From positions 39,728 through 103,727 of the forward strand of contig JAPLEH010000041.1 in the NCBI GenBank assembly GCA_026391455.1: a stretch of 64,000 nucleotides of DNA. The letters are read 5' to 3'. The notes under the pieces were generated by a model. That model ran no database searches and was not told the DNA's origin. It saw only the letters and a list, made by a program, of their open reading frames with translations. How positions within the stretch are numbered: the stretch's first letter is position 1; each line of letters begins with the position of its first letter. Positions 1 through 8,031 of this stretch are shown here, piece by piece. Origin of the DNA: Bacteroidota bacterium. GTDB taxonomy: Bacteria > Bacteroidota > Bacteroidia > Chitinophagales > Chitinophagaceae. Position numbers and translations under genes: made by a program.

Positions 1-254
1 CGCACATAGGCCACCAGTACACAGGCAGCGGCATGGAGCCCGGGAGTCATCATGAAATAATCGAGTATCAGGCCCGTAAAGAAGCCGATCAGCAGCAACC
101 ACTGCCGTGTAACGGAAAAGGGCAGCCAGAGAATAAAAAGGAAGTATATATAAGGAGTGATAAAACGGTGGAGGTGCGGTATCTTATTCAGCACATATAC
201 CTGAAGCAATATGAACAGGACAAATCGGATTGTATTTCTTACAAAATCGCTCAC
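1..254 (-). CDS. mreD: Rod shape-determining protein MreD (N-terminal part; gene runs off the window start)
   Basis: Absent from the ORF track because it leaves the window. The minus-strand frame from GTG at 254-252 (GTGA overlap with the mreC stop) reads VSDFVRNTIRFVLFILLQVYVLNKIPHLHRFITPYIYFLFILWLPFSVTRQWLLLIGFFTGLILDYFMMTPGLHAAACVLVAYV. This is a hydrophobic MreD-like protein directly downstream of mreB-mreC. Confidence 0.7.
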   Translation of the reverse strand, partial: MSDFVRNTIRFVLFILLQVYVLNKIPHLHRFITPYIYFLFILWLPFSVTRQWLLLIGFFTGLILDYFMMTPGLHAAACVLVAYV

Positions 255-1168
255 CTGGGAGATTTAAGGGTTTGGTCCATTTTATTTTTGGTGTCTTCCA
301 GCAGCACGGTTTGCTCTTCCTTTTCAATATTCTCAATTACATGCACCTGCTGGAGGCTGTAAAAATTGGTAGCTGTATTTATTTTCAGCATATAAGTTCC
401 GCTGGCATTGTCTACACGAATCTCTGCTACGGTCCCTACCAGCAAGCCTTTGGGGAAGATAAGCGTATTGTTGCCACTGGTCACAATGGAGTCTCCTTTA
501 TTGATGGTCACTGTTTTGGGCATTCGTTTCAGTATCAGTATCCGGGGGTCTTTACCGTCCCACTCGATGGTGCCGGACTCACCGGATTTCTTTAACGATA
601 CCACCAGCCGGCTTTGCACATGGAGCAGGCTGAGTACCTGGCTGAAATTGGGGCTTACATTCACCACCACTCCCACCACCGTGCCATCGGAACTGATGAC
701 CCCGCTGTTGTCCCGAATTCCCTGATTGCTGCCCCGGTTGATCTGAATATAGTTTTTCTCGCTGTTCACCGTATTGTATACTACCGTAGCCGGTTTTGCA
801 AAATAGCGTCGGTAAAGGCCGGTTGTATCATAGGCCATGGTATCTTTTACGAATACCACACTGGTATCTCTTTTTTCAAAATTGCCCCGAAGCAGGTTCA
901 TCAGGGAATCATTAAGCCGGTGTACCCGTTTGTTTTCTTCTTTCAGGTTGAAATAATCCTCTACCTTATTATATTGGCTGTTGATCCTGCCCGTCATTTC
1001 ATTGGCGATACCCAGGAATTTGACGCGGTGGAACCGGTTGTAGCTAAATAGAAACCAGAGCGCCACTCCCTGTAAAAGCAGGAAAGTGAAGAAAGTGAAA
1101 TAGCGCCTTATGAATAGGAATACATTACGCAAAATGAAACTTTTCAAAACCAAGATTCCGAAACCCAA
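251..1168 (-). CDS. mreC: Rod shape-determining protein MreC
   Basis: 305-aa ORF with an N-terminal TM segment, a coiled-coil segment (NLKEENKRVHRLNDSLMNLL) and a beta-rich C-terminal domain, immediately downstream of mreB. The true start may be the TTG at 1132 (MRNVFLFIRRYF). Confidence 0.85.
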   Translation of the reverse strand: MGFGILVLKSFILRNVFLFIRRYFTFFTFLLLQGVALWFLFSYNRFHRVKFLGIANEMTGRINSQYNKVEDYFNLKEENKRVHRLNDSLMNLLRGNFEKRDTSVVFVKDTMAYDTTGLYRRYFAKPATVVYNTVNSEKNYIQINRGSNQGIRDNSGVISSDGTVVGVVVNVSPNFSQVLSLLHVQSRLVVSLKKSGESGTIEWDGKDPRILILKRMPKTVTINKGDSIVTSGNNTLIFPKGLLVGTVAEIRVDNASGTYMLKINTATNFYSLQQVHVIENIEKEEQTVLLEDTKNKMDQTLKSPR

Positions 1169-1221
1169 TTCCGGCCTCTTTCATTTAGTGTCTGGAATTT
1201 GTTATTTGGAATTTTCTTATT

Positions 1222-2247
1222 TTATCTCATCACAAAAGGATACCGGTCATAATTTTTCAGCGCGATTCCGGTTCCCCTAACCACGCTCTTCAGCGGATCG
1301 TCGGCTACATGCACAGGCAGTTTGATCTTGTTGGCCAGTCGTTTATCCAACCCACGCAGCAGGGCTCCGCCACCAGTGATATACAGCCCCCGGCGATAGA
1401 TATCTGCAGCCAGTTCGGGTGGAGTTTGCTCCAGGGCTTTCAGGATCGCCTCTTCTATTTTAAAAATGCTTTTATCGAGCGCCTCGGCCACTTCCTGATA
1501 GCTGACCATTACCTGTTTGGGTATACCGGTTACCAGATCGCGTCCGTTTACAGGGAAATCATCCGGGGGATTGTCAATTTCCTTCATAGCAGCTCCTACC
1601 TGAATCTTGATCTGCTCGGCAGTGCGCTCACCGATAAGCAGGCTATGATACCGGCGGAGTGCCTCCATGATATCGGCGGTAAATTCATCACCGGCGATAC
1701 GGATAGACTGATCGCAGACGATACCGGCCAGGGCGATCACCGTAATACCGGTGGTACCACCTCCGATATCAATGATCATATTACCCACGGGCTCCTCCAC
1801 ATCGATGCCTATACCCAATGCAGCCGCCATGGGTTCGTGAATCAAATACACTTCTTTAGCTCCTGCCTGTTCGGCACTGTCCCGTACCGCCCTTTTTTCC
1901 ACTTCGGTAATGGAAGAGGGAATGCAGATCATCATTCTCCAACTGGGGGGGAAAAGGGGTTTTTTGGGATATACGAGCTTGATCAGCTCACGGATCATCA
2001 GTTCAGCAGCGTTGAAGTCGGCAATCACCCCATCTTTCAGGGGGCGAACGGTACGGATGCTCTCGTGCGTCTTTTCGTGCATCATCAGCGCTTTCTTACC
2101 CACGGCCAGCACTTCCTTCGGATTGTTCCTGTTGAGTGCTACGATGCTCGGCTCATTCACCACTACTTCTTCGTTATGTATGATGAGGGTATTGGCGGTA
2201 CCCAGGTCTATGGCAATTTCTTGTGTAAACCAGTTAAAAAGTCCCAT
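1222..2247 (-). CDS. mreB: Rod shape-determining actin-like protein MreB
   Basis: Actin-fold motifs IAIDLGTANTLI, IIDIGGGTTG and LYITGGGALLRGLDKRL. The likely start is the internal Met (MGLFNWFTQE) at 2247 rather than the longest ORF start at 2298. Confidence 0.95.
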   Translation of the reverse strand: MGLFNWFTQEIAIDLGTANTLIIHNEEVVVNEPSIVALNRNNPKEVLAVGKKALMMHEKTHESIRTVRPLKDGVIADFNAAELMIRELIKLVYPKKPLFPPSWRMMICIPSSITEVEKRAVRDSAEQAGAKEVYLIHEPMAAALGIGIDVEEPVGNMIIDIGGGTTGITVIALAGIVCDQSIRIAGDEFTADIMEALRRYHSLLIGERTAEQIKIQVGAAMKEIDNPPDDFPVNGRDLVTGIPKQVMVSYQEVAEALDKSIFKIEEAILKALEQTPPELAADIYRRGLYITGGGALLRGLDKRLANKIKLPVHVADDPLKSVVRGTGIALKNYDRYPFVMR

Positions 2248-2751
2248 TAATATTTGTGTTGGATTTACCTGCCCGTAGTCGGACAAGGTCGTGTGCAAAG
2301 GTGAAGGAAATAATTTGAATTATCAAAGCAAAACCCTTGCCAGACAAGGATTTTTTTTAAATGCTGCCCGCTGGTAATCCCTGGTTAAAATTTCAAACCG
2401 TGGCCGGATTGTGGTTTTATTTTGGTATATTAAGAGAGGGGATTTCTTTGTCTGAAAAAGGAGTGAATTTCCCTGTTTGGAGACAGGCATTTTTCGGATT
2501 GCCCCACTGGGAAAAACCCGCAGATGGTCCAAATAAAAGCGCCAGTGTCTTTCTTTACAAAAGCTGAATGAACAGGCTCAATCCTTGATAAAAAACACAG
2601 GCCCGCATACCTGCACCATGCAGTGGATATTACGCATCTGCATACGTTTGCTTTTACAAAGAATAATGAATGGAAGAACTACTTTTTACGATCCGTATAT
2701 CTTCAGCTTAACAACATACATCAATATCCATTTTACCATTAACTTCACCAT

Positions 2752-3957
2752 ATGCGCATCATTACCCGCACGGTATTCATTCTGTCCATGGTAAGCCTGC
2801 TGGCGGATATAGCCAGTGAAATGCTTTACCCGGTGATACCGGTGTATTTAAAAGAGATCGGCTTCTCCGTATTGGGTATTGGTTTTCTCGAAGGCATCGT
2901 GAATTTTACAGCCGGTATCAGCAAGGGTTATTTTGGTAAACGCAGTGATGAAAAAGGCTTGCGTCTACCCTTCGTAAAATTGGGTTATCTGCTGAGTGCA
3001 TTATCCAAGCCGCTCATTGCCACATTTACACATCCCATATGGATATTCTTTGTAAGGGCTACTGACCGTCTCGGCAAAGGCGTGCGTACCGCTGCTCGCG
3101 ATGCATTGCTCTCCAATGAAGCAACACCGGCCACCAAAGCCCGCATTTTCGGATTTCACCGCAGCATGGATACGGTTGGGGCTGCTATCGGACCATTACT
3201 TGCACTTGCCTTTTTGTTCTTCTATCCGGGAGAATATAAAACACTGTTCTACCTCGCATTTATTCCGGGACTGTTGTCCATTTCTCTCATCTTTTTACTG
3301 AAAGAAAAAAAACAACCGGTGTCCACCATGAAGAAGGGAAACTTTTTTTCTTTCTTCAAATACTGGCAGATCGCATCGCCTGAATTCAAAACGGTGATCC
3401 CGGGATTTTTACTGTTTGCATTGTTCAACAGTTCTGATATTTTCTTACTGCTCATCACTAAAGAAAGTATCGGCGACCAAACAATCACGATCGGTAATGC
3501 TGTATTTCATGCGGACACCATTACCATTGGTGCGTATGTGTTTTATAATCTGGTATATGCAGCAGCTTCCTATCCGATGGGCGTACTCGCTGATAAATTG
3601 GGATATAAAAAGATCATTCTTACCGGCCTGGCTATGTTTGCCATCGTATATGGCGGTTTTGCTTTCAGCCCTTCAATCGGAGTAATATTTATTCTTTTCT
3701 CCGTGTATGGATTATATGCTGCCGCTACAGAAGGAGTGATCAAAGCCTGGGTCGCCAATCTCGCTCACAAAGAAAACACCGCCACTGCCATTGGATTTTA
3801 TACCAGTTGTGAAAGTATATGCACCTTACTCGCAAGTATTATTGCCGGTGTAATATGGACGAGTTTCGGCAGCAGTGCCACCTTTCTTACTACTGCTATC
3901 ATAGCTGCGGTAGTATTTATTTATTTCCAATTGAAAATCAGGGCTAGTCAGTTCTGA
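2752..3957 (+). CDS. MFS transporter
   Basis: 401-aa polytopic membrane protein with about 12 hydrophobic segments. Its MFS-like loop motifs include GKRSDEKGLRLP and DRLGKGVRTAARDAL. Confidence 0.85.
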   Translation: MRIITRTVFILSMVSLLADIASEMLYPVIPVYLKEIGFSVLGIGFLEGIVNFTAGISKGYFGKRSDEKGLRLPFVKLGYLLSALSKPLIATFTHPIWIFFVRATDRLGKGVRTAARDALLSNEATPATKARIFGFHRSMDTVGAAIGPLLALAFLFFYPGEYKTLFYLAFIPGLLSISLIFLLKEKKQPVSTMKKGNFFSFFKYWQIASPEFKTVIPGFLLFALFNSSDIFLLLITKESIGDQTITIGNAVFHADTITIGAYVFYNLVYAAASYPMGVLADKLGYKKIILTGLAMFAIVYGGFAFSPSIGVIFILFSVYGLYAAATEGVIKAWVANLAHKENTATAIGFYTSCESICTLLASIIAGVIWTSFGSSATFLTTAIIAAVVFIYFQLKIRASQF

Positions 3958-3982
3958 ATGACTTTTATTCAAAAAGGAATTA

Positions 3983-4507
3983 TTGGGCACAGTAATAGCA
4001 AATAGCGGATTACAATACCAATCCGTTAAAATTTTTGTTATAAACAAATTACTGCACGCCTTTATTTGTTTTTTCTTTTTTGCAGATGCACCAGCACAAA
4101 GCCTCCAAGCAAATTCTTCGACCTATAAAACAGCTCTGGGTGTAAAAGTGTGGGGTGGCGGAGGTATCTCGTTCAAGCAGTTTGTGAGTGACCGTAATGC
4201 GGTGGAATTAGTGGGCTACTTCTGGAACCGCGGTTCCCGTATCACAGGATTGTATAAAATATACGGACCGATCAGCGGGGCCACCGGCCTCCAATAGTAT
4301 ATTGGTCCCGGAGCACACATTGGTTTTTATAATTCTAAATACGGCGATGGTATTTTTATCGGACTTGACGGTGTGCTGGGGCTGGATTACAAACTTAAAA
4401 CTGCACCCATCAATATATCGCTCGACTGGCAACCTTCTATTGAATTTGATGAAAACCTTGGCTTTGTGGGCAGTTGGGGCGGACTGGGTATCCGGTATAC
4501 CTTTTAA
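3983..4507 (+). pseudogene. Small outer-membrane beta-barrel protein interrupted by an in-frame TAG at 4295-4297
   Basis: ORF 3983..4297 ends ...ISGATGLQ*. The same frame continues YIGPGAHIGFYNSKYGDGIFIGLDGVLGLDYKLKTAPINISLDWQPSIEFDENLGFVGSWGGLGIRYTF* to TAA at 4505-4507. The signal-peptide-like N-terminus is NKLLHAFICFFFFADAPAQ. The C-terminal aromatic residue is typical of beta-barrel OMPs. Confidence 0.6.
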
Positions 4508-4582
4508 GAAATGTTAATCATGTGCGGTAGATATACATGACACAGAATTTATTCTCTATCTTGTCATGAATCCATTCATTTT

Positions 4583-4647
4583 GTAATGCGTCATCATAAA
4601 CAGACATTGATCAATTTTATTTTTCAACGTTTATGATGACGCATTAC
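4583..4647. repeat. 19-bp perfect inverted repeat (GTAATGCGTCATCATAAAC / GTTTATGATGACGCATTAC) with a 27-nt AT-rich spacer
   Basis: Read directly: left arm 4583-4601, right arm 4629-4647. The spacer contains the palindrome TTGATCAA. It lies between the interrupted OMP gene and the hydrolase gene. Confidence 0.9.
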
Positions 4648-4679
4648 TTATGGTTTGATTTCATTTAAAACCCACACAC

Positions 4680-5564
4680 ATGAAAAAATTATTACTCCTC
4701 TTCACTGCTTTTTCCTTTTGCCTTTTTGCTTTTTGCCAGGATGTAGACAAGATCAATACACAAATGCAAAAAGATCTGGCTGACACGGTAAAGTATCCCT
4801 ATGGCAACAATGCCAAAGCAGGAAAATATTATTCGATACGGGGGTTCAGGATGTATGCCGAAACCTATGGAAGCGGACAACCTCTGCTCATCATTCATGG
4901 CAATGGAGGATCCATCAATAATTTTATTTATCAGATCCCCTATTTCAGCAGCAAATACAAAGTAATCATTGCGGACAGCCGTGCGCATGGAAAATCAGCA
5001 GATACCGTCGACAGCCTCACCTACGAAATGATGGCCGATGATTATGCAGCATTGCTTACCGAAATGAAAATCGACTCTGCCTTTGTGATCGGCTGGAGTG
5101 ATGGGGGCATCAATGGGTTGCTGTTGGCTATACGTCATCCGGAAAAAGTAAAAAAACTGGCGATTACCGGTGCGAACCTGGTGCCCGATACTACCGCAGT
5201 ACCCAAAGAAGTATGGGATATGGTTACTCCCACCTATAACTGGCTGAAGAATAAAAAATCATTAGCTGATAATGAAAAGGCCTCTTTCAAATTATTACGA
5301 TTGCTGGTGGAGCAGCCACATATTCCTGTTACTGATCTGCATACGATACAATGCCCCACATTGGTGATCGGAGGCGACAATGAGGTGATTAAGGTTGAAC
5401 ATACGCTACTCATCAAACAACATATTCCCAAATCCTATTTGTGGATTTTGCCCGGATCGGGGCACAGCACACCGGTGATATTTAAAGACGATTTCAATAC
5501 CGTAGTGGACCGTTTCTTCCTATATCCCTATAAGACCTTTAAAGGAGGAGATCGGTTCAACTGA
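4680..5564 (+). CDS. Secreted alpha/beta-fold hydrolase
   Basis: Signal peptide MKKLLLLFTAFSFCLFAFCQ. HGNGGS oxyanion-type motif, nucleophile elbow GWSDGG and a C-terminal GSGH histidine motif. Confidence 0.85.
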   Translation: MKKLLLLFTAFSFCLFAFCQDVDKINTQMQKDLADTVKYPYGNNAKAGKYYSIRGFRMYAETYGSGQPLLIIHGNGGSINNFIYQIPYFSSKYKVIIADSRAHGKSADTVDSLTYEMMADDYAALLTEMKIDSAFVIGWSDGGINGLLLAIRHPEKVKKLAITGANLVPDTTAVPKEVWDMVTPTYNWLKNKKSLADNEKASFKLLRLLVEQPHIPVTDLHTIQCPTLVIGGDNEVIKVEHTLLIKQHIPKSYLWILPGSGHSTPVIFKDDFNTVVDRFFLYPYKTFKGGDRFN

Positions 5565-6594
5565 TATTGCCGAATCCCAATTGCTGTTCCACATGCGATG
5601 GTAATGCAGGCAGTTTTCTTCGTTCGATGAGAAAACTGTTGAGCTGTGCTATTTCACGAAAGATATAATGCTTATCAGCCGCACCCCGCAAATATTCTTT
5701 ACCCGTGCTGCCACCGGTACCAATACGGGTGCCGATCATACGGTGTACCATATTCATGTGGCGGTAGCGCCAGGAGCTGAGTTGCTCGTCAATTTCCAGC
5801 AGTCCGTTGAGTAACTGAAAAGGCAATTGCAACAATGGGTACCCTCTGTACAACATAATGAAAAGAGCCGCACGGCAGGCCTCAGGAGATAGTGTGCGGG
5901 GGTCAGTGCTGGTTTCTTCAAATATAGAGGAGAAGGCGCTGAGATTATTCTTCTCTGCTTCTGCCAGGCTATTGCGGTAGCTTTCTTTGTACCGCTCCCA
6001 AAAGGCCTTATCTGCCCCATCTTGTAAGAAGGGCATTCGTTCGAGCCATCTATTCACCAATTGTAAAAGCGATTGGCCATTTTCCGCTTTTTTAATCAAC
6101 TCTACCTGTTCGGGCCTCAGTTGGGCCGTATAATATTCCTTACCAAAGCGGTGTTCAAATTTCAATCCGAGTTTGGCTTCCAGTTCTTTGAATTGCCAGC
6201 TTTGAAAACCGGATGCGGGGCGGAGCATATCCCTGAAATCGAGAAAGTCCATGGGCGTCATGGTTTCCATGATATCGATCTGGTGTACGAGTACCCGCAA
6301 GATGGTCACACAGCGGTTGATGCGGTGTACCACGGTTTGTAATTCAGGGGAGTTGTCATTGAGTGCCGGCCGGGCCAGGATGTCCACAATGGAGTCTGCT
6401 TCATGATGCAGTTGCTTGAACCATAATTCGTAGGCCTGATGAATCACGATGAAGAGCATCTCATCATGGGCGGGCAACCGGAGTTTATCACTTTCCGGAA
6501 GTTGTGCATTGAGTATTTTATCAAGCTGCAGGTAATCGTGATAATGTACGTCTCCGGGCATACTGTTTTTTTGCAAATGTAACTTTACCTGCAC
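5557..6594 (-). CDS. kynA: Tryptophan 2,3-dioxygenase
   Basis: TDO-type motifs YHDYLQLDKILNAQ, HDEMLFIVIHQAYELWFKQ, FRDMLRPASGFQS and WRYRHMNMVHRMIG. The gene lies 8 bp downstream of purD on the same strand. Confidence 0.85.
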   Translation of the reverse strand: MQVKLHLQKNSMPGDVHYHDYLQLDKILNAQLPESDKLRLPAHDEMLFIVIHQAYELWFKQLHHEADSIVDILARPALNDNSPELQTVVHRINRCVTILRVLVHQIDIMETMTPMDFLDFRDMLRPASGFQSWQFKELEAKLGLKFEHRFGKEYYTAQLRPEQVELIKKAENGQSLLQLVNRWLERMPFLQDGADKAFWERYKESYRNSLAEAEKNNLSAFSSIFEETSTDPRTLSPEACRAALFIMLYRGYPLLQLPFQLLNGLLEIDEQLSSWRYRHMNMVHRMIGTRIGTGGSTGKEYLRGAADKHYIFREIAQLNSFLIERRKLPALPSHVEQQLGFGNIS

Positions 6595-6602
6595 GAATAT
6601 CT

Positions 6603-7886
6603 TTACTCAAATTCGTATCCGATATCGCTCCTGTATTCCATACCGGTATAGCTTATTTTTTCTATTTCGAATTTGGATATCTCTACAGCATCAAATACGG
6701 AGCGTCCGTAAGAGGTAACACACAATACCCTTCCTCCGTTGGTGATAACGGAATTCTCGTCACCGGTGGCAGTACCCATATGAAATACCAGGCTGTCTTC
6801 GGGGTTTACATCTTCGATTCCTTTGATCTCCCTGCCCTTTACATATTCTCCCGGGTAGCCACCGCTTACGGCCACAATAGTGGCGGTGGTGCGGGGGTCG
6901 GTGGCGATATTGATCGTATTGAGTTGCTGCCGGGTAGCTGCAATCATTAATTCCACGAGGTCATTTTGCAGACGGGGTATTACCACTTCCGTTTCCGGAT
7001 CACCCATGCGGCAATTATATTCGATCATATAGGGTTCATCCTTTACGATCATGAGTCCGAAGAAGATAAAACCGCGGTATTCCAGTCCCTCTTTAATCAG
7101 TCCTTCTACCGTTGGTTTGATCACCCGTTCTTCAATTTTTTTCAGAAGGGCCTCATTGGCAAATGGCACGGGGCTGATGGCACCCATGCCGCCGGTGTTG
7201 GGGCCGGTATCGCCTTCGCCGATCCGTTTATAATCCTTGGCCTCGGGCAATATCACATAGTTCTTACCATCCATGAGCACGAACACGGATATCTCAATGC
7301 CCTGCAAAAACTCTTCTACTACGACTTTCTTGCTGGCTTCACCGAATTTGGCCCGTTGTATCATCAGATCAAATTCGGCAATAGCTTCAATATGATTTTC
7401 GCAAATCACCACGCCTTTTCCGGCTGCGAGTCCATCCGCTTTGAGTACGATGGGTAATGCATGTTGCTGGAGGTAGGTAACGCCATCCGGGTAATTATCG
7501 AGGGTAAATTCTTTGTAAGCAGCAGTGGGAATCTGGTGACGCATCATAAAGGATTTGGCAAAAGCCTTGCTGCCTTCCAGTCTTGCGCCATTTTTATCCG
7601 GGCCTATTACATCCAGGTTATTTAATTCGGGGGTATTGATCAGAAAGTCTGTAATACCCTTTACGAGGGGTTCTTCGGGCCCCACGATTACCAGATCAAT
7701 TTTTTCCTGTATACAGGCAGTCTTTATTGCTTCAAAATCGGTAACCTGAAAGGGAAGGTTGGTGCCATGTTTCAATGTACCGGCATTACCCGGTGCAATA
7801 AAGAGTTTTTCACAAAGAGGACTTTGAGAGAGCTTCCAGGCGAGTGCATGCTCCCTGCCTCCGGAACCTAACAAGAGGATACGCAT
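6603..7886 (-). CDS. purD: Phosphoribosylamine--glycine ligase
   Basis: MRILLLGSGGREHALAWKL N-terminus and ATP-grasp core (LKADGLAAGKGV, NTGGMG, EYNCRMGDPE). 427 aa. Confidence 0.95.
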   Translation of the reverse strand: MRILLLGSGGREHALAWKLSQSPLCEKLFIAPGNAGTLKHGTNLPFQVTDFEAIKTACIQEKIDLVIVGPEEPLVKGITDFLINTPELNNLDVIGPDKNGARLEGSKAFAKSFMMRHQIPTAAYKEFTLDNYPDGVTYLQQHALPIVLKADGLAAGKGVVICENHIEAIAEFDLMIQRAKFGEASKKVVVEEFLQGIEISVFVLMDGKNYVILPEAKDYKRIGEGDTGPNTGGMGAISPVPFANEALLKKIEERVIKPTVEGLIKEGLEYRGFIFFGLMIVKDEPYMIEYNCRMGDPETEVVIPRLQNDLVELMIAATRQQLNTINIATDPRTTATIVAVSGGYPGEYVKGREIKGIEDVNPEDSLVFHMGTATGDENSVITNGGRVLCVTSYGRSVFDAVEISKFEIEKISYTGMEYRSDIGYEFE

Positions 7887-8031
7887 AGTGTTTAATTACA
7901 GGATTTTAATGCGTTGCGAATATCGGGTACATCTGTTAAAGATAAACGGAAAAAATTTTTTGGTAGCTAAATTTCTGTATTTTGTTGCATTATTTGTTTA
8001 AGGACACTGATTACAACTTAAAAAAAACTGT

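Noticed and set aside
1309-2250. 313-aa plus-strand ORF antisense to mreB
   Set aside because: It lies entirely inside the strongly supported mreB frame. Its product is low-complexity and His/Gly-rich with no motifs. It is a typical shadow ORF on the strand opposite a conserved gene.
2323-2567. Small ORFs (69 aa minus, 68 aa plus) in the mreB-MFS spacer
   Set aside because: They overlap each other on opposite strands and have no motifs or start context. Their composition is typical of random AT-rich spacer.
4680-5564. The alpha/beta hydrolase next to kynA as a possible kynurenine formamidase
   Set aside because: It has a clear N-terminal secretion signal, is on the opposite strand (convergent) and shows no specific formamidase motif I can recognise. 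A cytoplasmic pathway role is unlikely.
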